DNA of 64,000 nucleotides from Bdellovibrio sp. (GCA_036676395.1 JAKFCY010000003.1:288001-352000); one strand, 5' to 3'. Positions 41,549 to 52,584 are shown, numbered from the stretch's first letter. Notes: a model not told the origin generated them from the letters alone. Program-made: numbers and translations.

Positions 41549-42334
41549 TTAGTTCTCAAAACTCTCTGTTAACGCTTTTTTCTTTTCAAAAAAGCCAACA
41601 ATTACAATTGATATTTCATACATCACCCAAAGAGGTACCATAAGTAAAATCATACTTAAAGCATCTGGCGGGGCAACAACCGCAGAAACAGCGGTGATAG
41701 CGACTACTGCATATTTCTTTTTTTCTTTTAAAAATCTTTGCGAAACCAGACCGACCATTCCCAAGAACGTGATCACGACAGGCATTTCAAAAGTTAATCC
41801 AAACACTACGGCAGTTTGAGTGAAAAATCCAAGATAGTGGTCAATCGTAATCATTGGTTTATCGACATCGCCACCAAAGGTCATTAAAAATTTAAAGGCC
41901 ATTGGCAAGACCACGAAATAACTAAAAGCAACGCCTAAGCAAAACTGCAGTGTTCCGAAAAAAATAAAGCCTGTCGCCATTTTTCTTTCATTGCGGTAAA
42001 GGGCTGGCGCAATGAATTTCCAAAGTTGATATAGCCATAACGGAGCAGATAAAACTAATCCCGCAACAAAGGCGATTTTAATATGCGCCATAAATTTATC
42101 AATGGGCCCAGTATAAACTAAGCCGCCGCTTGGTAAATACGGTTGAATGGGCTTACGAATAACATCAAAAAGTTTTTCGCTGAATCCCCATGCCAAGCAA
42201 GTTCCAAAAAAAATAGCGTACGCTGCGCGTGTTAAGCGAAAACGTAATTCTCCCAGATGTTCAATCAGAGACATGTTTTTTTCTTCTTCGGTAGCAGCTG
42301 CTGTTTTAGGTTCTGGATTAGGATTTGGATTCAT
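41549..42334 (-). CDS. tatC: Twin-arginine translocase TatC
   Basis: MSLIEHLGELR, YQLWKFIAPALY, FEMP, PPD. Confidence 0.96.
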   Translation of the reverse strand: MNPNPNPEPKTAAATEEEKNMSLIEHLGELRFRLTRAAYAIFFGTCLAWGFSEKLFDVIRKPIQPYLPSGGLVYTGPIDKFMAHIKIAFVAGLVLSAPLWLYQLWKFIAPALYRNERKMATGFIFFGTLQFCLGVAFSYFVVLPMAFKFLMTFGGDVDKPMITIDHYLGFFTQTAVVFGLTFEMPVVITFLGMVGLVSQRFLKEKKKYAVVAITAVSAVVAPPDALSMILLMVPLWVMYEISIVIVGFFEKKKALTESFEN

Positions 42335-42605
42335 CGGATTTTTCTGCCGCTACTTCATCTAAGTTTGTTACTGGCGCAGAAGGAGTTGCTTGCTGTTGCG
42401 CTTGCTGCGGTGGTGTTGGCTTGTGTTTTAATAAATCTGAAGGTCTGAGTTCAGCTTCTTTTTTAAGTTCATCAAAGACTCCCGAGGTGCTTCGGCGCAA
42501 ATCATTAAACATGCGACCAATATTGCGCATAACTTCAGGAAGCTTCTCTGGTGGGATAACGATAATCAAAATTATTCCAAGAATAAGTAAATGGCTAAAA
42601 CTCAT
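42318..42605 (-). CDS. tatB: Twin-arginine translocase TatB (TatA/B family)
   Basis: Short TM followed by PEKLP and an amphipathic helix, upstream of tatC. Confidence 0.85.
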   Translation of the reverse strand: MSFSHLLILGIILIIVIPPEKLPEVMRNIGRMFNDLRRSTSGVFDELKKEAELRPSDLLKHKPTPPQQAQQQATPSAPVTNLDEVAAEKSDESKS

Positions 42606-42620
42606 GTAATCAGTTTTAAC

Positions 42621-43235
42621 TTAGGCTTTATTAAGTTTCAATTGTTCTTTTGGCAGGGTCACAATGCCCAATTGAGTTAGCTTTTCGCGAGCCATTTCAG
42701 AACCTGTTTTCAGATACAAGTCATAAAGGCGTAAGACGTTCTGATCGGCCTGTACGGCTGACTTTTCACTCATATAGCTTAGCACTTCTACAAACTCTAT
42801 AAAGCGCTTAGAAAACGTTTTATAGACTTCGCTCAAGTGGTCTTCTTTAGTCCAGGTCGCTAAGTTAAAATACGCGGCCGAGCCCATTTCAGAATAATAA
42901 TCAATGTCGACTAACTTCTTTTGCAATGAATCGCCAAAAAATCCCGCTAGGTATAGCGAACGATCTGCCAGCGTTTTCATGATTTCTTTTTTGCGTGTAT
43001 TTTCTGAATTCATCGCAATCAAATACATTTCAGCTAAAGTTTCAGGAGGATTTTCGCTGTTTTCGCCATGCGTACTATGCGGTGTAAACAAATTACGTGA
43101 ATCAAGATAGTGTTTAAGCATATGAATAAGATACGTTTCCAAATGTGGATACGATTTTACTTTTCTTTGCTCTAAAGCTTCTTTCAAAGCTTCGGAGAAA
43201 TGCTGCTCCGGAGAAATAAATAAAAATGCACTCAT
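42621..43235 (-). CDS. Conserved hypothetical protein
   Basis: 204-aa ORF co-oriented with tatBC; ADRSLYLAGFF...DYYSEMG..AY pattern. Confidence 0.75.
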   Translation of the reverse strand: MSAFLFISPEQHFSEALKEALEQRKVKSYPHLETYLIHMLKHYLDSRNLFTPHSTHGENSENPPETLAEMYLIAMNSENTRKKEIMKTLADRSLYLAGFFGDSLQKKLVDIDYYSEMGSAAYFNLATWTKEDHLSEVYKTFSKRFIEFVEVLSYMSEKSAVQADQNVLRLYDLYLKTGSEMAREKLTQLGIVTLPKEQLKLNKA

Positions 43236-43259
43236 AGCTTGTGTCTCATCTTAATATAC

Positions 43260-43286
43260 TTATCGGCCTTGATCTAGTCGGGCTTA
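43260..43286 (-). promoter_or_regulatory. Near-consensus sigma28 promoter
   Basis: TAAG-N15-GCCGATAA on the minus strand. Confidence 0.75.
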
Positions 43287-43339
43287 ACGTAAAAGTGGCT
43301 CTCAGCGCAATTCTTGGCCTAGGTCGGGTTAAACCGACT

Positions 43340-43366
43340 TAATTCTGTTTCATAATAGTCCGATAA
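43340..43366 (+). promoter_or_regulatory. Putative sigma28 promoter of cpaF
   Basis: TAAT-N15-TCCGATAA. Confidence 0.65.
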
Positions 43367-43372
43367 GCTCTT

Positions 43373-44419
43373 ATGTTGAATTACGGCCCTCTAAAATCAT
43401 TATTCACCTCGGATGACATGAGTGAAATCATGGTCAACTCTTGGGATCATGTTTTTGTCGAACATAAAGGATGCCTTGTACGCACAGCTGCACGCTTTAT
43501 GGATGCGCGCGAATTTCAGGATTTAGTTTTTGCAATACTAGCGCATGATAAACAGGATTACAGCAAAACATATTCGTTTGATGGCATCTTGCCTGAAGGT
43601 CATCGTTATAATATTACTTTGCCGCCCCTGAGCCCTAAAGGACCAACGTTAACGATTCGTAAATTTTTAGAGAAAAATTTTTCTTTAGATCAGATGATTG
43701 CTTCTGATTTTTTATCTGACAAAACAGCACGCTTTTTAAAATTAGCTGTCGAAGCCCGATTAAATATCGTAGTGTCTGGCGGTACCGGCACTGGTAAAAC
43801 TTCATTTTTAAATACACTGGCAAGTTTGATTCCAGAAGATCAACGTGTTGTTTCGGTCGAAGATACACAAGAACTTAGACCGACTCATGTTAATTGGATT
43901 TATCTTAAAACAATTAAAAATGAGCAAACAAAAGTCACTGCTAAAGACTGCGTTTACAATGCCTTACGGATGCGGCCAGATCGCATTATTGTTGGCGAAT
44001 GCCGCGGTGGTGAAGCTTTTGATATGTTACAAGCCATGAACACAGGTCACGAAGGTTCAATGACTTCGATTCATTCTAATTCAGGTAATGATTGTTTGGC
44101 TCGCTTAGAAACCTTAATTAATGTGGCTAATCCCGATATGCCCCTAAAAATGGTGCGCACACAAATTAGCGAAGCTGTTGATTTAATTGTGCAGCTTAAA
44201 CGTTTACCTGATGGTCGCAGACAAATTTCTGAAATCATCGAATTAACCGGAATGGAAGCTGATATCATCACCCGTTCGCCGATTTTTACCCGCACAAAAT
44301 CAGCAAAACTAGATGTGACTGGTTATGTGCCAGATGTCATTCAACGAATTAACTATCAAAGCAAAAAGATTTCGCCGCAATTTTTTGATCCAAACACCCA
44401 GCTTAAAAAATCTAGCTAG
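43373..44419 (+). CDS. cpaF: CpaF/TadA-family pilus assembly ATPase
   Basis: [41 protein letters not shown]. Confidence 0.9.
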   Translation: MLNYGPLKSLFTSDDMSEIMVNSWDHVFVEHKGCLVRTAARFMDAREFQDLVFAILAHDKQDYSKTYSFDGILPEGHRYNITLPPLSPKGPTLTIRKFLEKNFSLDQMIASDFLSDKTARFLKLAVEARLNIVVSGGTGTGKTSFLNTLASLIPEDQRVVSVEDTQELRPTHVNWIYLKTIKNEQTKVTAKDCVYNALRMRPDRIIVGECRGGEAFDMLQAMNTGHEGSMTSIHSNSGNDCLARLETLINVANPDMPLKMVRTQISEAVDLIVQLKRLPDGRRQISEIIELTGMEADIITRSPIFTRTKSAKLDVTGYVPDVIQRINYQSKKISPQFFDPNTQLKKSS

Positions 44420-47030
44420 GCTGTTTTTTACCCACAACACTGGTGATATGCGCCTGACTGAAAAGTCTTTGCGCTACACGTTTTACATCATCAGATGTAA
44501 TGCCATTGTAGATTTTATCAATGTGTAAAGATTCATTAAAATCGTTTCCATAAAAATCATCAAAAGCGATCGTGTTACATAAAGATGATTTTCTCTGTAA
44601 CCCGATATCATTTTGCCCGATTAAATATCTTTGCGCGCGCTTAAGTTCTTCATGCGGCACTTTGTGGGTGCGAATTTTATCAAATTCAATATGAAACATT
44701 CTAATCGCTTTTTCTACTTTATCAGGCGAACACGCAATATATCCACCGAAATAGCCGCACTCTAAACTTTCCATACGAATTGGCGAAACTGAATAGGCTA
44801 AAGAATTTTTATCACGCAGTTCAATAAATAAACGGCCACCCTGGCCAGCCATGATGGCCTGAATCACATGCAAAACATAACGATCTGGGTCGGTGATGTT
44901 GATACCTTGCCAGCCAACGATCACATGCGACTGTTCTTTGTCTTTTTCAATAAAATAACTTTTGTTTTCTGTTATTGGTTTAAATTCTGTCGTCGGCAAT
45001 AACTTCGGTGTGCGCTTAAAAGATTTTTCTAAACGTTCAATACTGTCTATCCAAGTTTTTTGATCAAAATCACCAACTACAACTGCTAGCATATTATTTG
45101 ATGATTTAACTTTATCTAAGTAGTTCGTTAAATCAATTGCATGAATATTATTCGTTGTTTCAATCGTGCCCAACTGATCATAAGACACGGGGTGATTCGG
45201 AAACATGTTTTTCACGAATTGTTTTCCGCATAAATATGAAGGCTGATCTTCTTTTGAATGAATTTGTCTTTGCATCGCCTGGCGTTCACGATCAACAACC
45301 GCAGGCACAAAATCAGGCTCTAAAAATAATTCTTCCATAAGGCCAACAATTTTGTTTTCAAAGGGCTTCATATAATCTAATGAAAAACCAACCGTGTTTT
45401 TACCGCTAAATGGCGAAAGGCCCGCTGCAGATTCTTCAATTAGTTGTAAAATTTGTGATTCTGATTTTTGTTTTGTTCCACCCAACCAAGAGCGACCTAA
45501 TAATTCAGAGGTGCCCATTTTATCAAGTTGTTCGATGCGGGCACCGCCGCCTAATAATATTCGCGCCGACACTGTTGGTATTTCTAGCGATTTTTCAAAA
45601 ATCACGCGCGTTCCGTTATTTGTCGTAACAACTTCAATGCCGGATTTATCGGTTTTTTTAATCTCTTTAAAAACAATTTTAGGAATAGCTACTTTTTTAT
45701 TTTTAACTTTTTTTGCTGGCTTTTCTTTTTTCTGACTTGCAATAATTTGTAACCAAACTTTGTGTGAATCTTTTAAGATATCAACAAATTCAGTTTCTTT
45801 TTTTGGCCCCAGCACCGTGTAGCTGGCTACTTTTGGATCAAAGTATTTTTTTGCAACCCGCATAACATCTTTTGGTGTAATTTTTTGAATCGTTTTTAAA
45901 TACTTTTCATGGGCTAAGCTATCGTTCATGTAAAATTGTGATGAACCAATTTTACTGGCAATCCCATCTACTGTTTCGATTGAATAAAACTGCTCAGAAG
46001 AGATATTAATGATGGCTTTACGAATTTCTTCCCAACAAACTTCTTCTTTTTTGATTTTTTCGATCTCTTGATAAATACCTTCGAAAGCCAATTTTGGATC
46101 TTGTTCTAATACTTTAAAGCTTAACGCTAATAAGCCTGGATCTTGGGGGGTGTAACTATAACTTGAAACACTGCTGACTAAACTTGATTGCAAACGCAAT
46201 TTTGAAAATAATCGACTGGTTTCGCCTTGACCTAAAACCATCGCCATCACATCAAGTGCCGGAACATCTTTATGCTTAATCGCCGGCGCTGGAAAGGCTA
46301 GATTGTAGTTACTATCTTTTAAATCTTTAGTTTTAGCCTTGTATGTGACTTTAGTGGCTTTTGGTTCTTTCGTGCGTATAATTTTTTTCAGTTTATATGG
46401 CATAAATGTAGAAAAATATTTATCGACATTTTGGCGCATTTCTTTTTCATCAAAATCGCCCGACACAATCAGACACATGTTCGATGGCACATAACGCGAT
46501 TGATAAAAACTTTTTAGTTTTTTGACTGGCCATGCGCGAACATTTTTTTCATAACCAATAACTGGAATACCATAAGCATGTTTTTTAAATACTGAGCTAA
46601 ACAGCAGTTGTGAAGATTGCCGCCCCGGAGAATCTTGTCCCATTTTAATTTCTTCACAAACAACTTCGCGTTCACTATGGGTTTCGTCGGCATCAAATGT
46701 GGGGTGACCCATCATTTGCGAAATCACATCGAGTGCCACATCCTGAAAAGTTTTTGAAATTGTGACATAAAACACTGTTTGATCAAACGAGGTGTAAGCG
46801 TTCAATTCACCGCCCGAGGCCTCTACAATAGACGCAATTTCACCGACTTTGTATTTGTGAGTGCCCTTAAACACCAAATGTTCAATAAAATGACTTATAC
46901 CTTCTTCGCCTTTTTTTTCATCGGCGCTTCCGGTCTTTACCCACATCTGCACGCTCACCACAGGAGATTTATGGCTAGGAATAAGAATTACTTTAAGCTT
47001 GTTTTTGAGTTGAAATTTAACCTGTTTCAT
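44412..47030 (-). CDS. M16 (pitrilysin-family) zinc peptidase, two-module
   Basis: HFIEH inverzincin motif, NAYTS, ELRDKNSLAY. Confidence 0.92.
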   Translation of the reverse strand: MKQVKFQLKNKLKVILIPSHKSPVVSVQMWVKTGSADEKKGEEGISHFIEHLVFKGTHKYKVGEIASIVEASGGELNAYTSFDQTVFYVTISKTFQDVALDVISQMMGHPTFDADETHSEREVVCEEIKMGQDSPGRQSSQLLFSSVFKKHAYGIPVIGYEKNVRAWPVKKLKSFYQSRYVPSNMCLIVSGDFDEKEMRQNVDKYFSTFMPYKLKKIIRTKEPKATKVTYKAKTKDLKDSNYNLAFPAPAIKHKDVPALDVMAMVLGQGETSRLFSKLRLQSSLVSSVSSYSYTPQDPGLLALSFKVLEQDPKLAFEGIYQEIEKIKKEEVCWEEIRKAIINISSEQFYSIETVDGIASKIGSSQFYMNDSLAHEKYLKTIQKITPKDVMRVAKKYFDPKVASYTVLGPKKETEFVDILKDSHKVWLQIIASQKKEKPAKKVKNKKVAIPKIVFKEIKKTDKSGIEVVTTNNGTRVIFEKSLEIPTVSARILLGGGARIEQLDKMGTSELLGRSWLGGTKQKSESQILQLIEESAAGLSPFSGKNTVGFSLDYMKPFENKIVGLMEELFLEPDFVPAVVDRERQAMQRQIHSKEDQPSYLCGKQFVKNMFPNHPVSYDQLGTIETTNNIHAIDLTNYLDKVKSSNNMLAVVVGDFDQKTWIDSIERLEKSFKRTPKLLPTTEFKPITENKSYFIEKDKEQSHVIVGWQGINITDPDRYVLHVIQAIMAGQGGRLFIELRDKNSLAYSVSPIRMESLECGYFGGYIACSPDKVEKAIRMFHIEFDKIRTHKVPHEELKRAQRYLIGQNDIGLQRKSSLCNTIAFDDFYGNDFNESLHIDKIYNGITSDDVKRVAQRLFSQAHITSVVGKKQPS

Positions 47031-47045
47031 CTATAACATCCTTCT

Positions 47046-48215
47046 ATGTCTGAACAGTTTGGCGTCTACATTCATATCCCGTACTGTATTCAGCGCTGTT
47101 CATACTGCGACTTTGCCACCTATGTGCAGTCAGAAATTTTAGTTCCCGAAAGATACGTAGCTTTAGTCAAAGAAGAAATCCCTTTAAGAAAACATTATTT
47201 TGGTTTCTCAAAAGACACCGAAAAAAAATTAAATACGGTGTACTTTGGCGGGGGAACTCCCAGCCTGATTTCTTCTGACCTCATTGTAGGCCTGATTTCT
47301 GAACTCAACAAGCATGGGTTAACAACTGGTCCTGATGCAGAAATCACAATTGAAATAAATCCAGCCACGATTGATGAACGCAAAATAGAACATTATTTAT
47401 CGGCTGGGGTTAATCGCTTTAGCGTTGGGGCACAAACGTTTCATGATCGCCTATTGAAAATGGTGAAGCGTGAACACAATGCGAAACAGACCTTGCAGAC
47501 TTTAGACCTGTTAAAACGCTATAAATTAAACTTCTCGTTCGATTTACTTTTTGCGTTACCCACCCAAACTGTCGAAGAATTAAAATCCGATGTGGAAATG
47601 GCTGTGGAAATCGGCTCATCACACATTTCGCCGTACTGCTTAACGGTGCCCGAAGCGCATCCACTTTCAAAAAATCGGCCACTTGAAGATGAACAAGTTG
47701 AAATGTTTGATATTATTCATCAACACTTGACTGCAAAAAACTTCAATCGCTATGAAATTTCTAATTACAGCTTGCCGGGTAAAGAGTCTCGTCATAACCG
47801 CTTATATTGGGATGATCATTCTTACTGGGGCTTGGGTTTAAGTGCCCATTCTTATTCAAGAACGTCTCAGTGGGGCCACAGATTTTGGAACCCAAACAAT
47901 ATCGATGTTTACGAAAAACAAATTCGCCAAGGCTTAGTTGATTTACCCGATAATCAAATTGAAACCTTGCAAAAACATCAGGCTCTTACCGACTTTTGTC
48001 ATACCTCACTGCGCGTTGCAGAAGGCGTTTCATTCGCGCGCCTAGAACGCAAGTTCGACGCGATAGCGTGCAGTAAAGTTCTAGAAATCGCGCAGCCGAT
48101 GCTAGAACGTAAGCTTTTAAAGCTAGAAAATAATCATTTAGTGCTCACCCATCGCGGAGTGCTAATCAGTAATCAAATATTTGAGAAATTCACCTTTTTA
48201 GCTGAAGACATCTAG
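47046..48215 (+). CDS. hemW: Radical SAM heme chaperone HemW
   Basis: YIHIPYCIQRCSYCDF, YFGGGTPS, YEISNY, HNRLYW. Confidence 0.93.
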   Translation: MSEQFGVYIHIPYCIQRCSYCDFATYVQSEILVPERYVALVKEEIPLRKHYFGFSKDTEKKLNTVYFGGGTPSLISSDLIVGLISELNKHGLTTGPDAEITIEINPATIDERKIEHYLSAGVNRFSVGAQTFHDRLLKMVKREHNAKQTLQTLDLLKRYKLNFSFDLLFALPTQTVEELKSDVEMAVEIGSSHISPYCLTVPEAHPLSKNRPLEDEQVEMFDIIHQHLTAKNFNRYEISNYSLPGKESRHNRLYWDDHSYWGLGLSAHSYSRTSQWGHRFWNPNNIDVYEKQIRQGLVDLPDNQIETLQKHQALTDFCHTSLRVAEGVSFARLERKFDAIACSKVLEIAQPMLERKLLKLENNHLVLTHRGVLISNQIFEKFTFLAEDI

Positions 48216-48277
48216 TTGACATTTCTAGGATAGAACTCACACTTTAAAGGTTAATATTTTTGAATATGCGAGGATCT

Positions 48278-48835
48278 ATGACAGAGGATAAAAATACAAA
48301 ATCTGAAACTCAAAATGGGACGACCGGCAACGGTGAAGCCAGCGCTGAGGGCAACGCTACTGTTACACCAATCAAGTCTGAATTAGAGCAAGCTCAAGAA
48401 GACGTGCAAAAATGGAAAAACGAATATTTATATTTGCGCGCAGAATTTGATAATTACAAAAAGCATGCGATCAAAGAAAGATCTGATTTATTAAAATTCG
48501 GCATCGAAAGAATCGCTCGCGATATTTTAGAAGTTATGGATAATTTCGAACGTGCCTTACAAACAAAAGTAACGGCTGAAAATATTCCCACTTATAAAAC
48601 TGGTGTTGAAATGACAGCAAAAGAGTTAAAAGAAGCTCTGACAAAACATGGTATTCAAGAAGTGCCTAGTGAAAATCAGCCTTTTAATCCTCAAGTGCAT
48701 GAAGCGATCAGCTCTGAACCTACAACCCAGGTTGCCGAAGGTCACATCACTAAAGTATTTAAAAAACCTTATAAACTTCATGATAAAGTGATTCGTATGG
48801 GTCAAGTTATCGTAGCTACAGCGCCAAAAGCATAA
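48278..48835 (+). CDS. grpE: Nucleotide exchange factor GrpE
   Basis: [26 protein letters not shown]; start ATG 48278 with AGGA SD. Confidence 0.95.
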   Translation: MTEDKNTKSETQNGTTGNGEASAEGNATVTPIKSELEQAQEDVQKWKNEYLYLRAEFDNYKKHAIKERSDLLKFGIERIARDILEVMDNFERALQTKVTAENIPTYKTGVEMTAKELKEALTKHGIQEVPSENQPFNPQVHEAISSEPTTQVAEGHITKVFKKPYKLHDKVIRMGQVIVATAPKA

Positions 48836-48836
48836 A

Positions 48837-49826
48837 ATGAGTAAAAAAGATTTTTATCAAGTATTGGGTGTTACTAGATCATCAACTGCAGATGAAATTA
48901 AAAAAGCTTATCGCAAGCTTGCAATGCAGTATCACCCAGATAAAAATCAGGGCAACAAAAAGGCTGAAGATCAGTTTAAGGAGATTTCTGAAGCCTACGA
49001 AGTTCTAAGCGATACAGAAAAAAGAAAAAATTACGATACTTTCGGTCATGCCGGTGTGAACGGTAATCCGTTCGGTAGCGCTGGTGGCCAACAAGGCAAC
49101 CCCTTTGGCCGCGGTGGTGGCGGCAATCCGTTCGGCAATGCCGACATTAATGATTTATTTGGCGACATCTTTGGCGAGGCTTTTGGTGGCGGTGCTCGCA
49201 CTCGATCATCACAACAGCAACGTCCTCGTCATGCCAGCAAAGGTGCAGACCTTCGCTACACATTAACAATTACTTTTGAAGAAGCGGCTACTGGCACTGA
49301 AAAAGTAATTAGCTTTGTTCGCCAAGTTGGGTCCCGCGAAGAAGCTGCAAAACTTTCTGTGACGGTTCCGGCCGGAGTCAAAGAAGGCCAACGTCTAAAA
49401 CTGACTGAAGAAGGCGATAAACCCTCTTCTGGAACCGCAGGCGACCTTTACGTTATTATTAATTTACAAGAGCATTTATTGTTTAAACGCGAAGAAGCAG
49501 ATGTGATGTTAGATCTTCCGGTTAAATACACAGAAGCCATTTTAGGAACAGAAGTTGAAATTCCGACCTTATCTGGTAAAGCCCAAATTAAAATTCCTGC
49601 CGGAACTTATTCTGGTCAGGTTTTACGATTAAAAGGAAAAGGTTTTCCTCGTATCGGTGGCATCGGCAACGGTGATATGTTGGTGCGTCTATTGGTAGAT
49701 ACACCATTAAAAACCAACACCCGTCAAAAAGAGCTTCTCGAAGAACTAAACCGCTACGCCGAAGAAACCCCACTAGTAAAAACTTATAAAGAAAAATTAG
49801 AATCTTTGTTGAGGTCGCGAAAATGA
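48837..49826 (+). CDS. dnaJ: J-domain chaperone, class B (no zinc finger)
   Basis: HPD motif, G/F-rich region, C-terminal domain; no CxxCxGxG repeats. Confidence 0.85.
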   Translation: MSKKDFYQVLGVTRSSTADEIKKAYRKLAMQYHPDKNQGNKKAEDQFKEISEAYEVLSDTEKRKNYDTFGHAGVNGNPFGSAGGQQGNPFGRGGGGNPFGNADINDLFGDIFGEAFGGGARTRSSQQQRPRHASKGADLRYTLTITFEEAATGTEKVISFVRQVGSREEAAKLSVTVPAGVKEGQRLKLTEEGDKPSSGTAGDLYVIINLQEHLLFKREEADVMLDLPVKYTEAILGTEVEIPTLSGKAQIKIPAGTYSGQVLRLKGKGFPRIGGIGNGDMLVRLLVDTPLKTNTRQKELLEELNRYAEETPLVKTYKEKLESLLRSRK

Positions 49827-51292
49827 TTAAAAAATTAAGTTTAGCTGCTGCCGCAGCCATCGTATTTCATGGCTGCTCAAGCACTCCATCTATTGAAACA
49901 CGTCACAAAACGATACCTTCAAAAAAAAATGAATACGTCAAAGTCGAAAAAAGCTCTACACAGGCACCTACTTCGATTTACGCTCCTGCACCGGTAATTG
50001 CTGCGGCAACACCGCCACCAGAAATAGTTACAGCTCCTCCGGCAGTGGTCATTCCCCCAGTGCAAAATTTTAATTTAGACGAAGAAAAAACCGACAAACC
50101 CAGATCGACAGTAAGTTATGATTCTGACGCGCAAAAAATTGGAGTTATTCTTCCGATCACTGGCAAAAATGCCAGCTTAGGTCAACGCACTTTAAATGCT
50201 ATTCGCTTAGGTCTTGGCCTTGACGATAAAAATCCTTCATTTTCAATTCACATATACGATAGCCAAAGTAATCCCGATGTTGCGGCTCAGGGCGTAGAAA
50301 AACTTTTACGTGATGATCATGTCATTGCAGTTTTGGGTGGTTTAAGCGCCAAAGAAGCCCAAAATATTTCAGCTAAGGCTGAGTTTTTTCAGGTTCCATT
50401 TTTTTCGTTCTCACAAAAATCAGGTCTAACAGATTCGACCGAATACACTTTTAGAAATTCTGTAACCCCTGAAATGCAAGTAGCAAGGCTTCTGCAACAC
50501 GCTTTTAAAAACATTAATGCGAAACGTTTTGCCATCCTTTACCCGAATGATGCTTATGGAGTTGAATTTGCCAACAAATATTGGGATTTGGTTTTAGCTG
50601 GCGGCGGAGAAGTTGTAGCCGCTCAAGCTTATGACCCGAAAGATACAAATTTAAATATTTACGTGCAAAAACTAGTCGGCACTTATTACACCGATGCACG
50701 CTCTGAAGAGTTCAAAGCTCGTCAAAAAGAAATCGCCGAAAAAAAGAAAAAACAAAAAGAAACAGAACCTGCAAAGAAAAAAAATACTCGTGAACATGAA
50801 GCACAAGAAAATATTTTACCTGCAATAGTTGATTTCGATGTCTTGTTTGTGCCTGATAGTGGAAAAGCTTTAGGTCAAATCATGGCTTTTATGAAAAATA
50901 ATGATGTCGCGCAAATGACTTACCTGGGCACTAACTTGTGGAATACTCCGGATTTGTTTCGCCGTGTTGGAACCAACACCAGCAGCGTATTTTTTGTTGA
51001 TTCTACATTTACTCCTGAAGAACAAAAAAAATCTGACTTTCACGAGAAATATTTCGCTAAGCATGAAGAAGATCCAACTATTGTTGAAGCTCAAGTGTAC
51101 GAAGCAGCTAAAATATTACGCGATATCATTGGTAACAGCTCTATTAGTCGCAGTTCGTTAGCCTACCAGTTAGGTATCTTAGGCCGCAAAAGCGGCGCCT
51201 ACAGCGAAATACGTATGAATAACAATCATGAAATTGAACGCCCATTGCATATCTTTAGCTTGACCGAAGGGTCTATTCAGAAAACAGAATAG
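49823..51292 (+). CDS. LpoA/LppC-like lipoprotein (type I periplasmic-binding fold)
   Basis: Lipobox [32 protein letters not shown]. Confidence 0.75.
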   Translation: MIKKLSLAAAAAIVFHGCSSTPSIETRHKTIPSKKNEYVKVEKSSTQAPTSIYAPAPVIAAATPPPEIVTAPPAVVIPPVQNFNLDEEKTDKPRSTVSYDSDAQKIGVILPITGKNASLGQRTLNAIRLGLGLDDKNPSFSIHIYDSQSNPDVAAQGVEKLLRDDHVIAVLGGLSAKEAQNISAKAEFFQVPFFSFSQKSGLTDSTEYTFRNSVTPEMQVARLLQHAFKNINAKRFAILYPNDAYGVEFANKYWDLVLAGGGEVVAAQAYDPKDTNLNIYVQKLVGTYYTDARSEEFKARQKEIAEKKKKQKETEPAKKKNTREHEAQENILPAIVDFDVLFVPDSGKALGQIMAFMKNNDVAQMTYLGTNLWNTPDLFRRVGTNTSSVFFVDSTFTPEEQKKSDFHEKYFAKHEEDPTIVEAQVYEAAKILRDIIGNSSISRSSLAYQLGILGRKSGAYSEIRMNNNHEIERPLHIFSLTEGSIQKTE

Positions 51293-51445
51293 ACTTTAGT
51301 CCATAATATCCACATTATAAGAATTTTTTGCGGCATTTTTAACCTGCCGCTAACCGTTTATTCCCCCTACCGCATCCAATGTCCAAGAACTAGCACAATA
51401 GTCTAGTCCTAAAAAATGCATAGAGCATGGTGGAGGGGTATTCAG

Positions 51446-51838
51446 ATGAAAAAGGATTTTTTATCAGAACAAACAATTCAGGTATGTAGAACAAAACTTT
51501 TAGATCTTAAAAGCCAGTTTTTGAATCAAGCAAAGACGATGGCTGCTAATTTCAATATGGTTGATAAATCACGCGGCGACGAAAGTGATCTGTCTGCAGC
51601 CCACCAAGAAGAGCATAATTTTTTAATCGCCCAAACACGCATGAAAGCTCAGCTAGTAGAAATAGAAATGGCCCTGAGCCGCATTGAGAGCGGTAACTAC
51701 GGCATCTGTGAAGAAACTGATGAGTTAATTGAAACAGAGCGCCTATTGGCTATTCCATGGACACGCCTGAGTATAGAAGGTGCAGAAATCCGTGAGTCGC
51801 AAACAAAAAAAGCAGGCAAAGGCTATCTTGCTTTTTGA
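51446..51838 (+). CDS. dksA: DksA/TraR-family regulator lacking the 4-Cys zinc finger
   Basis: DESDLS coiled-coil tip; YGICEETDELIETERLLAIPWTRLSIEG has one finger Cys. Confidence 0.8.
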   Translation: MKKDFLSEQTIQVCRTKLLDLKSQFLNQAKTMAANFNMVDKSRGDESDLSAAHQEEHNFLIAQTRMKAQLVEIEMALSRIESGNYGICEETDELIETERLLAIPWTRLSIEGAEIRESQTKKAGKGYLAF

Positions 51839-52013
51839 TTCTACAAATTACAGAAATCGTTTAAGATTCTGCGATCCTAATGCTTTAGCGCAGCAATGAA
51901 AATCAAAGTGTCGCAGTGTTTTTTGATGACAGAAATCTGTCTTAAGATAATTATCCCCCTCGATTCGGAACTATTCAACATGTCAGCTGACGTTGGTCAG
52001 TGAGGGGGATTTG

Positions 52014-52409
52014 GTGAAAAAAACCGAGAATTCAGAAACATTAATTATGTCGCCAGAACTGACTATCATCAGAGATTCATTACTATTGCAAAAAAGCGAA
52101 ATTTTAAATCGTGATAACGAATTTAAATTAGCGCAATTAGATGTAGCGAAACTTTCAGATGAAGGTGATCAGACTGCGCAAGAACAACAAAACAATATTT
52201 CAATTCAGCTGCACGAACGCGAGAGAATGTCTCTGGTGCACATTGAAAAAACTCTTTCAAAATTTGCTACTGGTACCTACGGTGAATGCGAATCTTGTGG
52301 TGATGACATCACGATCAAGCGTTTACAAGCTAGACCTTTAACTCCTTTTTGCATCAATTGCATGGAAGAGCACGAAGAGCAGTCGCATCACTCTGGACTA
52401 ATCCAATAA
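52014..52409 (+). CDS. dksA: DksA/TraR-family regulator with C4 zinc finger
   Basis: DEGDQT tip; YGECESCG...RLQARP..FCINC; GAGGGGG SD before TTG/GTG. Confidence 0.85.
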   Translation: MKKTENSETLIMSPELTIIRDSLLLQKSEILNRDNEFKLAQLDVAKLSDEGDQTAQEQQNNISIQLHERERMSLVHIEKTLSKFATGTYGECESCGDDITIKRLQARPLTPFCINCMEEHEEQSHHSGLIQ

Positions 52410-52584
52410 GCGGTCGTTTAATTCCAGCCTTTAGTAACTAAGAAAACAGTATGTTTTCTCATGGAATGAGACCTGCTGACATGGATGTCAGTCTTGTTTT
52501 TGACAATTTCTTTAAATCCAGACTTAAATTCATTTAAGCCGCTCCATTTTGCTCCGATTAGGTTTGTAAGAAACAGGAGCCGAC

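Noticed and set aside
51840..51990. Possible riboswitch or sRNA between the dksA genes
   Set aside because: No recognisable aptamer consensus; an Infernal/Rfam search would be needed
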